Source: Paracoccaceae bacterium
GTDB taxonomy: Bacteria; Pseudomonadota; Alphaproteobacteria; Rhodobacterales; Rhodobacteraceae
Assembly (NCBI GenBank): GCA_965116235.1
Contig: OZ220496.1
Location: 2,782,693 to 2,846,692, forward strand
Length of the DNA: 64,000 nucleotides
Direction of reading: 5' to 3'
Made by a program: the position numbers and the translations under genes. This document shows, piece after piece, positions 51,554 through 60,517 of this stretch (within the stretch, counting starts at the first letter, position 1; each line of letters opens with the position of its first letter). The notes under the pieces were generated by a model that was not told where the DNA came from, ran no database searches, and worked only from the letters and a program-made list of their open reading frames with translations.

Positions 51554-51572
51554 GATGCCGGTTGTCGGCATC
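51554..51572 (+). terminator. hairpin downstream of the right autotransporter stop
   Basis: GATGCCG-GTTGT-CGGCATC 33 nt after the stop. Same element as in the left arm. Confidence 0.35.
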
Positions 51573-52744
51573 GGCGCAGGCCGGCGGCCGGCCCCCGTCA
51601 GGAGCGATACAGGATGAAACCGCACGTGACCTTCAGACGCGAGCCAGTGGACTCACCGGGTGTCAAAGGGCTGTCAACATCGCGCCGAGGCAACCTTGGA
51701 CGGCCTCCGGTCGTGTCGCCTTCGCCGGCCGGGACATGGCCGATGAGACCGTCCGGTCCAACAAGCGACGGCCTCGTGGGGATCACGCTGTCGGAAACCT
51801 GAACACCGTGGATCGGAAGGTGCGGCGGGTCAATCATCATCGGGCTTGTCGTGGACGCATCCATGTTCGGCTGTGCCATGCGGACCCGATATGCCGAATG
51901 GCTCATGCGCACGACCGGGCAATCCCACCTGTTCCATGATGACGGCCTTCTGGCGTGATCATCGGTCGGGGCACCGGCGACCCCATTGTCCAAGCCCGAC
52001 CCAAGGCGACCACCTGGCATGAATCCGACAGACGGCCGTTTCTGCGCCTTGCCGAACTGACGTTGACACCGCCCCTGTTGCAGGAGCGGGCCTTGGAGCT
52101 TCTTGGCGTATGTATTGCCTAAAACCCGTTCAGCTTGACGTCATCCCAAAGTGAAGCTTGTACTTGTTCTGGCAAGGTTGCAAAAAAACCAGTTCCGGAA
52201 GTTCAGTGTAACGGTGGACAGGAATATTTAGTTCGGACGGGATTATATGCCTGATGGTCTACGGATTGCGTCTAAAATCAACGGACGACCCGGCTTGACG
52301 GAATTGGACCGTACTTTACGTTCTTCAATATCTACCAAACAGGAGATCGGAGCAGTGAAATGCGTATGGAAGAGAGACAAACCAGTACGTCATCAGCACT
52401 GGGAACACGTTAACCCTCCTCTTCAAATAATGTGCGAAATCCACTCCAAGCGCTCGTTTAAGTTGAGGCTACCTTACCGTTGTGATTGTTCCAATCCTTA
52501 TTCGGAGAATATGTCTGACCTGCTAGGTGCCTCTTCGTTTCTCAAGACAATCCAGTGTGGTCCGTACGAAAGCAACTCTGTCAGACTTTTAAGGTTGCAA
52601 CCTTCAGTTCTTTAGCAATATACAGATATGTGATGCCTCAGGGTACGTTTGAGCGCAGGAGTTTGTTGGCACTGCTTACTTCATGTAGAGCACTCTGGCA
52701 ATGGATATTGGTAGTCGTCATGGATTCGGCTGAAGTGGACTGAT

Positions 52745-53671
52745 ATGACCATTTGGCTTCCCGGTATCACTCTCTCACTGATTACCACCGGGGTGTTGGT
52801 GTTTTTCTTGTACCGTCATCAATCCTCCGACTCACGGGAACGCAACAAGGAGATCGACATTTATCTCAAGCAGTTCAATGAACTTGCCACAGAACGGGAA
52901 AAAGGAATTATCGACGCTGACGAGGAAGCCAAGATCAAGACTGAACTCGGCCGAAAGATCTTGACCTGCAATCATAAATTGGCTCAGCAACCAGACCCAA
53001 AGATGCTGTCTCCCAAAAGTACGCTTGCCCTGGCAGTTGGCTTGGGCTTTTTCCTTATTCTCGGCACGCAATTAATCCACACAAAGATCGGTCACCCTGG
53101 GTATCCCGATCAGCCCATAAAGGTTCGCTTGGAAGAAACCGAAGCCTCAATTAACTCCAGGATGTCTACAGCCAGAATGTTTGAAGTCATGACTGGAAAA
53201 AGCTGGAATGCGGAGATCAAGAAAGCGGATGAGATGCTCAACCAATGGGCTGAACTGAAGGCGGAAGATTCAAGTGGATACGTCGCCTTGTTACGACAGA
53301 GTTTTGAAGACAGCTTCGAACGGCAGAACTTTGCCCAGGCTAGCCATTACAAGAGGGAACTGATCTCACTTTTGGGCAACGAGGCCTCTGTTCAGGATTA
53401 TCTGGGCTTGGCCAATGCCATGGTTTTGGCTACCAACCTGTACATTACTCCTGAAGGTGAGGAGGTCATCAGCAAAGTACTGACTCTGGACGAAAACAAC
53501 TACACGGCCAATTTTTATTTGGGGCTAATGTTCAGTCAGGTCGGACGACCAGACCAGACATTTGAAATCTGGAACAGCCTGCTGAGTAAGCAACCGAATA
53601 CTCAAAACATTTGGAAATACTACATTCAGACCAATTTGAATGGCATGGCGGCAAGAGCCGGTCTTCAGTAA
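52745..53671 (+). CDS. ccmI: c-type cytochrome biogenesis protein CcmI (CycH)
   Basis: N-terminal TM MTIWLPGITLSLITTGVLVFFLY, then IDIYLKQFNELATEREKGIIDADEEAKIKTELGRKIL, a second TM and a TPR-like C-terminal region. Confidence 0.8.
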   Translation: MTIWLPGITLSLITTGVLVFFLYRHQSSDSRERNKEIDIYLKQFNELATEREKGIIDADEEAKIKTELGRKILTCNHKLAQQPDPKMLSPKSTLALAVGLGFFLILGTQLIHTKIGHPGYPDQPIKVRLEETEASINSRMSTARMFEVMTGKSWNAEIKKADEMLNQWAELKAEDSSGYVALLRQSFEDSFERQNFAQASHYKRELISLLGNEASVQDYLGLANAMVLATNLYITPEGEEVISKVLTLDENNYTANFYLGLMFSQVGRPDQTFEIWNSLLSKQPNTQNIWKYYIQTNLNGMAARAGLQ

Positions 53672-53812
53672 TGAATAAAGTCAGTTGAAACCGGACTATC
53701 TTTTGCCGCATCTCAAGGGAGACTGCACAGAACGAATGACGGCACTTCGATATTCCATGGCGCTGGCGTTCCAATCCGGGATATCAGATACTGCAAATTG
53801 TTTGGGATCGCC

Positions 53813-54319
53813 ATGAGCAACTTTCAACTAGCCCACCAGAACATTCCCGTTGAAAACATGTCTGAGTTCGTTCGAAGAGTCGCTGATAGTCGGTCTCTGG
53901 CTGGACTGGATGTCGGCTCAAAGACAATTGGTGTTGGTGTTTCGGATACAAGTCGTATCGTTTCAACGCCCTATACAACAATTGCTCGCAAGAAGTTTTC
54001 CAGTGATGTTCAACAATTGCTTGCCTTCGAAAGGGAATGGTACATAGGAGGATACATCATCGGACTGCCCAAAAACATGGATGGATCATCGGGGCCCAAG
54101 GTCCAGTCCATTCGAGCTTTCGCCTATAACTTGTGTCGTCACACTGAACTGCCAGTGACCTTCTGGGATGAAAGATTGTCAACTGTTGCCGCGGAGAGAT
54201 ATCTGCTCGAATCGAATACCTCCCGTCGCAAAAGAGCCCAAAAAATTGATAGTATCGCAGCATCCGTCATTCTTCAAAATGCCTTGGACTATCTGAACAA
54301 TGTTAGAGCGTCAAAGTGA
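53813..54319 (+). CDS. ruvX: Holliday junction resolvase-like protein RuvX (YqgF)
   Basis: LAGLDVGSKTIGVGVSD...GLPKNMDGSSGP...FWDERLST. Alternative starts are the TTG at 53798 and the ATG at 53858. Confidence 0.88.
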   Translation: MSNFQLAHQNIPVENMSEFVRRVADSRSLAGLDVGSKTIGVGVSDTSRIVSTPYTTIARKKFSSDVQQLLAFEREWYIGGYIIGLPKNMDGSSGPKVQSIRAFAYNLCRHTELPVTFWDERLSTVAAERYLLESNTSRRKRAQKIDSIAASVILQNALDYLNNVRASK

Positions 54320-54561
54320 GCAAAAGAAAAGTTTGGCAGCGCGATGAACCGGACAGCCCATGTCAGGACATCTGCTTGATTCACCCTGATGCCAAGATTT
54401 GCATCGGCTGCTATCGAACTCCGGAAGAGATCAGCCGCTGGGGCAAATACTCGCCTGAAAAGAGACAGTCCCTCATCCGGCAACTGCCCGAAAGAAGTCA
54501 GCGTGTCAAAGGGCGCCGTGGTGGCCGGACGGGGAGAAAGAGCCGAGCCCGCTCGAACTGA
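54316..54561 (+). CDS. DUF1289 domain-containing (predicted Fe-S) protein
   Basis: SPCQDICLIHPDAKICIGCYRTPEEISRW is the DUF1289 Cys pattern. The GTG start overlaps the ruvX stop (GTGA). Confidence 0.85.
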   Translation: MSKRKVWQRDEPDSPCQDICLIHPDAKICIGCYRTPEEISRWGKYSPEKRQSLIRQLPERSQRVKGRRGGRTGRKSRARSN

Positions 54562-54572
54562 ATTTCTTGAGT

Positions 54573-55583
54573 TCAGTTGCAAGCGTGAAACGACTTGATC
54601 TGTTGCAGCGTAGCGCGTATCCCTTCCACCCCATTGCAATCCATGAACTGCTGCGAAGAGAGATTTCGTCGCCATATCTTGGCCCCTTGTCGACCGGTGA
54701 ACAAGCCTAGCATATGTCGCGTTATTCGTCTGATTGGTGTTCCTCGTTCGACTTCCTGTGCCATGTAGCGAATCATTTTGTATATAACGGCATCAAGAGT
54801 GTCCGGGTTGGGGGAAGAAAAAATTCTGTGATCGGCTTCCAGCAACAGGTTGACGGGGTCACGGTAGGCGGCTCGACCCACCATGACTCCACTTATTCCT
54901 CTGTTCAGGTGTGATTTAACCTGGTCCAAATCGTCGATCCCCCCGTTAATGCATATCGTCAGATCAGGGAACATGCTTTTCATCGCATGCACCAACTCAT
55001 AGTCCAGTGGTGGCACTGTCCTGTTCTCTTTCGGACTCAAGCCATTGAGGTATGCCTTCCTGGCATGGACAATTACTCTCTTTATTCCTGTCTCTTCCAT
55101 TCTGGCAACAAGGTCAGGCAATACCTTGCAAGGATTATCATCATCGACTCCGATACGACATTTGACGGTTATTTCAGTTCCGTTGGCTACATCTTGCATC
55201 GCCTTGATACAGTCCATGGCCAGATCCGGCAATGTTATCAGCTTTGCTCCGAAGCAGGCGTTAGCCACTCGGTCTGAAGGGCAACCCATGTTCAAGTTTA
55301 TCTCATCAAAGCCGAACCGATTGGCTATGTCTACCGCTTGAGCCAATTCAGTCGGGTTTGACCCCCCTAGTTGCAAAGCCAAGGGATGTTCTTGGGGATG
55401 ATATGCCAAGTGCCTGTCCACATTCCCGTGGATCAAGGCGGTGGCAGCAACCATTTCCGTGTACAACAATGAATGTCTGGAGAGCAATCTGAACAGATAG
55501 CGACAATGACGGTCTGTCCAGTCCATCATCGGGGCCACTGACAGGGTATAGGACGGAAGGAGGAAATGGGAGTCAGGCGGCAT
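54573..55583 (-). CDS. dusA: tRNA dihydrouridine(20/20a) synthase
   Basis: SVAPMMDWTDRHCRYLFRLLS, LNMGCPSD and HARKA motifs. The ATG at 55583 gives about 337 aa. The longest ORF extends to the ATG at 55694. Confidence 0.9.
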   Translation of the reverse strand: MPPDSHFLLPSYTLSVAPMMDWTDRHCRYLFRLLSRHSLLYTEMVAATALIHGNVDRHLAYHPQEHPLALQLGGSNPTELAQAVDIANRFGFDEINLNMGCPSDRVANACFGAKLITLPDLAMDCIKAMQDVANGTEITVKCRIGVDDDNPCKVLPDLVARMEETGIKRVIVHARKAYLNGLSPKENRTVPPLDYELVHAMKSMFPDLTICINGGIDDLDQVKSHLNRGISGVMVGRAAYRDPVNLLLEADHRIFSSPNPDTLDAVIYKMIRYMAQEVERGTPIRRITRHMLGLFTGRQGAKIWRRNLSSQQFMDCNGVEGIRATLQQIKSFHACN

Positions 55584-55765
55584 GAGCTGTATTCCTGAAG
55601 TTACGGAATCATCCAGTGTCCCGGTGCTGTCATTGTCTGCTTCGATGAAGCTGGATCCGCCAGAATTCCAAGATGCTGCGTACCATAAATCCATAAATGG
55701 ATCTTAAACTTGATTGTTGCAATGCGGAGTTTCCAGTGGTATAAGTCATTCGACAGTCGGGAATC

Positions 55766-56788
55766 ATGGAGTTTGGATTCATGATGGATGAGAGCCTTTT
55801 CGGAGTCCGCGACAAGCGTGGACATTGGCGACCCTTCAGGCGAGTCAAGTACCCGCCGTTGTTCACTTGGCCCGTCAGGATTCGTCCCCTTTTGGCGTGG
55901 ATATTTCGCTGGAATGGCTACATTTACCCGTACAACCTGCTGTATGCTGTCGTAGGCATCCTGGTTTGGACCTACCTGACCCCCGACCTGTCAACGATGC
56001 AGTCATTTGGCTTCGACTGGGTTCTTTTCATCCTGCTCAGAAATGCCGGCATCATGACCCTTTGGTACGGCCTGTTTCATCTGCGTCTATACATTGTCAA
56101 GGGCCAGGGAACCGCGTTCAAATATAACCCCAAATGGCCGGAAACCGACAGTTCCGGTTTTCTGTTTCGAAATCAAACCATCGACAATCTGATCTGGTGC
56201 TACTTCAGTGCCTTGCCTCTGTGGACTGCATATGAAGCGGCAACCCTTTGGATGATGGCAAACGGATTTATTCCTGTTTTGGCCTTCACCGAGAATCCGG
56301 TGCTGTTTGTTGCACTATTTTTTGCCATTCCACTGTTCAGAGAAGTTCATTTTTACTTTATCCACCGACTGATCCACTGGCCTCCACTCTATCGTGCCTG
56401 CCACAAGGTTCATCATGCCAACTCCAATCCAGGTCCTTGGTCGGGATTGTCCATGCATCCCGGAGAACATCTTATTTATTTTTCAAGTGTCCTGTTGCAT
56501 TGGATTGTTCCCTCGAACCCGGTACATGTCGTATTCCATATGGTTCACCTGACCATGTCACCACCTGTGACTCATTCGGGATTTGAAAAGGTCGTTCTGG
56601 ATGATGGCAAGGCTGTCGACACCAATGCATTGGCTCACTACCTTCACCACAAGTATTTTGAAGTGAACTATTCTGATGGAGCCGTGCCACTTGACAAGTG
56701 GTTCGGATCGTTTCATGACGGGTCGCCGGAGGGCGACAAGCTGGTCCAGCAAAGGTTAAGACACCTCAAGGCTCGATCCGTAAAATAG
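55766..56788 (+). CDS. fatty acid hydroxylase / sterol desaturase family membrane protein
   Basis: Histidine boxes HFYFIHRLIH, HKVHH and HYLHHKY, with several TM segments. Confidence 0.85.
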   Translation: MEFGFMMDESLFGVRDKRGHWRPFRRVKYPPLFTWPVRIRPLLAWIFRWNGYIYPYNLLYAVVGILVWTYLTPDLSTMQSFGFDWVLFILLRNAGIMTLWYGLFHLRLYIVKGQGTAFKYNPKWPETDSSGFLFRNQTIDNLIWCYFSALPLWTAYEAATLWMMANGFIPVLAFTENPVLFVALFFAIPLFREVHFYFIHRLIHWPPLYRACHKVHHANSNPGPWSGLSMHPGEHLIYFSSVLLHWIVPSNPVHVVFHMVHLTMSPPVTHSGFEKVVLDDGKAVDTNALAHYLHHKYFEVNYSDGAVPLDKWFGSFHDGSPEGDKLVQQRLRHLKARSVK

Positions 56789-56852
56789 CGACGATTCTCA
56801 ATATCTTGGTTAACCGCTCCACCTGTTGCCTGAATAACTGGTTTTGAAGGCT

Positions 56853-56862
56853 GGGGGGGGGG
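56853..56862. repeat. G10 homopolymer in a convergent intergenic region
   Basis: Read directly: GAAGGCT-G10-ACGAC, between the stops of 55766-56788 (+) and 57007-57678 (-). Confidence 0.9.
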
Positions 56863-57006
56863 ACGACTTTGTAGGGTTGAAACGTTGTCATTGGCAGGCT
56901 CTGGGAGCCAAGACACCAATTGTTGTCCGTTCCGTCTTGGAACTTGCTACCGGTGCAGCGTTGCTGTCGTCAGATTGCCATGTTTCTGAAATGAAGCCAA
57001 CATCCA

Positions 57007-57678
57007 TCAGTTTTCATGGGAAACCGGCTCGAAATCAACCATGTCACGTGCTGTTCGGGCAATGAAAAGCCCGACGATTCGAGTTTGCGGGAATCGCTTT
57101 GTTAAGATTGACTTTGCGGCTCGAAAATGTGCACCCGTTGTCAGGACGTCATCGACGATGACAATTCGTTCTTGAACGGGCATAATGCACTGCTTGTCAT
57201 CAACACGATATAGATTTTCGATCTGCTCAGGACGCATCCGCTCTTCTTTAACATGAACCGATTCTGTACTCGCGATCTGAACAATGAGTTCGCGGATATC
57301 AAGAGGTGGAGTGGGACGAATGGAATTTAGCATCCGTACCATTCGGTCATCGTAAAGGGGATCATCTTTTGCCTTTGATGGTGGAATCGGCACAAAGGTC
57401 AGGCGGTCCAGAACTTTCAGCAGGGCAGATTTAAACGCGGTTGCAGTCTCTCGAATAGCCTTCTCTTTGTATTTCCACTCCGGCAATCCACGACGGTCCG
57501 TCGGTTTCTTGAAGTTTATTATCAGTTGATTGGTCGTACTGTGCCTGTACCCCTCACCGGCACTATATTCACCGAAAAAGCAACACGCATCGTCATCATT
57601 CAGATACCAATGGTCTTGACGTGTCAGTTGGTCGATCTCAGTCAGACGATGTGGAAAGGTATTGGCAGATTTCATCAT
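57007..57678 (-). CDS. phosphoribosyltransferase-domain protein (ComF-like PRTase core without the N-terminal zinc finger)
   Basis: PRPP loop RIVIVDDVLTTGAHFRAAKSIL near the C-terminus. The ATG ATG at 57678/57675 is preceded by AAGGA. The longest track ORF (to 57783) would overlap the upstream gene by 146 nt. Confidence 0.75.
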   Translation of the reverse strand: MMKSANTFPHRLTEIDQLTRQDHWYLNDDDACCFFGEYSAGEGYRHSTTNQLIINFKKPTDRRGLPEWKYKEKAIRETATAFKSALLKVLDRLTFVPIPPSKAKDDPLYDDRMVRMLNSIRPTPPLDIRELIVQIASTESVHVKEERMRPEQIENLYRVDDKQCIMPVQERIVIVDDVLTTGAHFRAAKSILTKRFPQTRIVGLFIARTARDMVDFEPVSHEN

Positions 57679-58552
57679 AATCCTTGACACGTAAGGCACC
57701 TTTATTGGCAAGCCTGTCGGGCCACCTGAGGCGCTGATCTTGGAAGCAACTGTCAAGAATGAACAGCTTGCGGCCCTGTTCAAGTGCCGCGCGGGCTTGA
57801 ATGAGTGTACCCGATGTCTCCCCGGCCTCCACGATTATGGTGGCTTCGGTGAGAGCCGACATGGTTTTGTTCCGTTCTGGAAAGAACAGGCGATTCTGCC
57901 GATAATCCTGAGATTCGTAGCGTATGACTGGCACTTGGCTGATGACCAAAAAGTGTTCGGCGATCTGACTTTGCAACTCGGCGTTCTCTTTCGGATAGAC
58001 ATGTGACAATGGGGTACCTACGACTGCGATCGTCCGCCCGTTCTCCTCCATAGCGGTTTCATGAGCCATGCGGTCAACTCCAGCCGCCAAACCGGAGACA
58101 ACTGTGAAGCCGTCCTGCACCAAATCGCTTACCAATCGTCTGGTATAGGCAAGTCCTTGTTGCGACGGCTTACGGGTGCCGACCACGGCAACCGAGCGCG
58201 AAGCCGTCAGGTCCCACCAACCTTGATAGTAGAAGCATTCGATAGGATGTGCCGCATCACGGAGTTTATCGGGATACTCGGCTGAGCCGTGAACCCGCAC
58301 CCCAAACCGCCCAACTCCGGCTTCTTCAAACTTCTGCTTGACGCGGTCGGCATACTCATAGGCACGGTCGACGGAAACGAAATCTGACGGAAGGCTGTCG
58401 GGGTAGCGGGCAAACCGTTGAGACAAGGACCTGAACGTTGTCTTCGGTTCTGTCCACAAGACTTCGTATGCCCCCATCTCCAAAAATGGAGAAACCGCCA
58501 GACTTTCAAAATCCGGTCGGCCAAGTGGGAGTTCTGCCGTCATCCCTTGCAC
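57638..58552 (-). CDS. DprA/Smf-like (SLOG Rossmann fold) protein lacking the C-terminal winged-helix extension
   Basis: VAVVGTRKPS...VVSGLAAGVDRMAHETAL..GRTIAVVGTPLSHVYPKEN...FPERNKTMSALTEATIIVEAGETSGTLIQARAALEQGRKLFIL matches the DprA core. 304 aa. Start is the GTG at 58552 or the ATG at 58543. Confidence 0.8.
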   Translation of the reverse strand: MQGMTAELPLGRPDFESLAVSPFLEMGAYEVLWTEPKTTFRSLSQRFARYPDSLPSDFVSVDRAYEYADRVKQKFEEAGVGRFGVRVHGSAEYPDKLRDAAHPIECFYYQGWWDLTASRSVAVVGTRKPSQQGLAYTRRLVSDLVQDGFTVVSGLAAGVDRMAHETAMEENGRTIAVVGTPLSHVYPKENAELQSQIAEHFLVISQVPVIRYESQDYRQNRLFFPERNKTMSALTEATIIVEAGETSGTLIQARAALEQGRKLFILDSCFQDQRLRWPDRLANKGALRVKDYDEICQYLSTSSD

Positions 58553-58652
58553 CTTTATAGCTGGTCTTGGCCTTCCAAGGCCAACCCTTCTCTTTCCAAC
58601 ACCAAAAAAGGGGAATTATACGCCTGTTCACCTAAAATATTACGGAATGCAC

Positions 58653-58726
58653 TGGAGGCGAGTACCGGAATTGAACCGGTGTACACGGTTTTGCAGACCG
58701 CTGCGTAACCACTCCGCCAACTCGCC
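58653..58726 (-). tRNA. tRNA-Cys (anticodon GCA)
   Basis: The reverse complement is GGCGAGTTGGCGGAGTGGTTACGCAGCGGTCTGCAAAACCGTGTACACCGGTTCAATTCCGGTACTCGCCTCCA. Acceptor GGCGAGT/ACTCGCC, loop CTGCAAA, discriminator U, encoded CCA. Confidence 0.9.
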
Positions 58727-58799
58727 TTATCTCCTGTCAGTTACAATATAGCGTAAGTGTACCAGATTAACAGGTTTTCTCCACTCGTACTGCAAAAGC

Positions 58800-59696
58800 C
58801 TATACCCAGTCCGGATCGCTCAAGCCGAGTTTACGACAATATGACGTAACCGTATTGGCCAGCAGGCAGGCGATTGTCATGGGACCGACTCCTCCGGGAA
58901 CAGGAGTTATGGCCCCGGCAACCGTCGCAGCTTTTTCAAAGTTTACATCTCCGACCAGTTTTGGCTTGGCATCGGCTGCATCGGAAGGGTTGATTCGGTT
59001 TATTCCGACATCAATCACTGTCGCTCCCGGCTTGACCCAATCACCATCAATAAAATGGGGTCTGCCGACTGCCGCAATGAGTATATCGGCCTGTCGGCAT
59101 ACTTCAGGCAATTCTCTTGTGCGGCTGTGCGCAACAGTTACCGTGCAATTTTCCTTCAAGAGGAGCTGTGCCAGGGGCTTGCCGACAATGTTTGATCGTC
59201 CGACAACCAGGGCGTTCATGCCTGAAAGTTTCTTGTGGTAGTCCAAAAGCATCAGCAAACAGCCGAGAGGGGTACACGGTATCATTGACTTTTGCCCGGT
59301 GGCTAGCAACCCTACATTGGAAATGTGAAAACCGTCGACATCCTTCTCGGGGGAAATGGCATTGATTATCTTGTTGGAATCAATGTGCTTGGGCAACGGA
59401 AGCTGTACCAATATGCCATGAACCGACTGATCGCTGTTGATTTGACCGATCAGGTTCAAGAGTTCTTCCTCCGGAACGTTCTTGTCGAGGACGTACTTAT
59501 GGGACTGCATTCCGACTTCGGAAGTCTGTCTGGACTTGTTTCGTACGTAGACCTCACTGGCCGGATCTTCACCAACAAGTATGACAGCGAGGCCGGGAGC
59601 AATTCCATTGACCCGCTTAAGTTCGTCAACTCGGTTTGCGACCTTGCGTCTGAGAGTGGCGGCAAACGACTTCCCGTCAATGATATGAGCTGTCAT
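58800..59696 (-). CDS. folD: bifunctional methylenetetrahydrofolate dehydrogenase / methenyltetrahydrofolate cyclohydrolase
   Basis: 298 aa with [36 protein letters not shown] and [11 protein letters not shown]. Confidence 0.95.
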   Translation of the reverse strand: MTAHIIDGKSFAATLRRKVANRVDELKRVNGIAPGLAVILVGEDPASEVYVRNKSRQTSEVGMQSHKYVLDKNVPEEELLNLIGQINSDQSVHGILVQLPLPKHIDSNKIINAISPEKDVDGFHISNVGLLATGQKSMIPCTPLGCLLMLLDYHKKLSGMNALVVGRSNIVGKPLAQLLLKENCTVTVAHSRTRELPEVCRQADILIAAVGRPHFIDGDWVKPGATVIDVGINRINPSDAADAKPKLVGDVNFEKAATVAGAITPVPGGVGPMTIACLLANTVTSYCRKLGLSDPDWV

Positions 59697-59732
59697 GCTG
59701 CGTCCTTCAATTAATTCAGTGATTAAGAATGC

Positions 59733-60326
59733 CTAAGCATGAGGCCACCTGTCCTGCATTGGCACGAACACCTTGACCCGGTCACCAACGAATATCAAAC
59801 CCTCTCGCTCAACCCAGGCGGTGACTCCCCTGCGATTCCGTGCTGCACTCTTGAAGGCTTTTCCCTTGCCTCGGTTTTCCTTCTCGATTTCACGGGCTGG
59901 AAAATTGCATGGGAGATTGATCATGTCAATGGTCACGGTTGCTCCCGAGGCAAACTGGAGACGGGTGGATGGAGGTATTAGCGTAAAATCTGGAATCCCT
60001 CGAACAACCAGATTGGCACCCAGCAATTCCGGGACAATCCGCTCCATTTCCATCTCATCAGCAATCAAATCCAAGTCTTCCAGCGAAACAATGGAAAGCT
60101 GCCGAACATTTCGAATGGGCGTGTCCTCAGGGTAAAGGTCCTTGACCCGAACGCAAGCCGGTCTTGTCAGCCCATGATGGGAGTCCCCTTCCAGTCCTCC
60201 ATATGTGAGCCGAGCTTGCGTCTGGGTACTGGACCGGATTGAGGCGGTAGGGTTTGACACCTTGCCAATCCATTCCAGCGAGGCAGGCGAATTGAATTCA
60301 GTAAAAATACTCACGGAACCCTTCAA
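59733..60326 (-). CDS. MOSC domain-containing protein
   Basis: GLEGDSH...RQLSIVSLEDL...GANLVVRG...LPC is a MOSC beta-barrel-type pattern. The start is a TTG. Confidence 0.75.
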   Translation of the reverse strand: MKGSVSIFTEFNSPASLEWIGKVSNPTASIRSSTQTQARLTYGGLEGDSHHGLTRPACVRVKDLYPEDTPIRNVRQLSIVSLEDLDLIADEMEMERIVPELLGANLVVRGIPDFTLIPPSTRLQFASGATVTIDMINLPCNFPAREIEKENRGKGKAFKSAARNRRGVTAWVEREGLIFVGDRVKVFVPMQDRWPHA

Positions 60327-60517
60327 TCAAAACCATATGGAATCCCCTTCACAGACTCGCAATTTGCATGCGGCATGGTAAAACAGATTTTTTTACTTAG
60401 TAGGTCGGCAGGCCCCTGAAAGTCAAGACAGTGTTTGTTCATGCCGCGATACCGCCAATTCACGCCATTGACGGAACCGAACTCCTCAGCGGGTGAGTTG
60501 TACCGGCGGCAGGCGTC

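Larger units (their letters stand above)
47733..52185. repeat. right arm of the large inverted repeat
   Basis: Same module order as the left arm in the opposite orientation. The flanks and the 3' half of the autotransporter are near-identical, while the 5' passenger part is divergent with indels. Confidence 0.85.

Noticed and set aside
29152-52185. Interpretation as a composite transposon or integrative element.
   Set aside because: I could recognise no transposase, integrase or recombinase ORF and no terminal short inverted repeats or target duplications. The internal genes have host-like composition. The inverted duplication itself stands, but mobility is unsupported.
52247-52615. 122 aa ORF between the right arm and ccmI.
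   Set aside because: No recognisable motifs, odd composition and no SD. It is left uncalled and could be a small orphan gene or non-coding.
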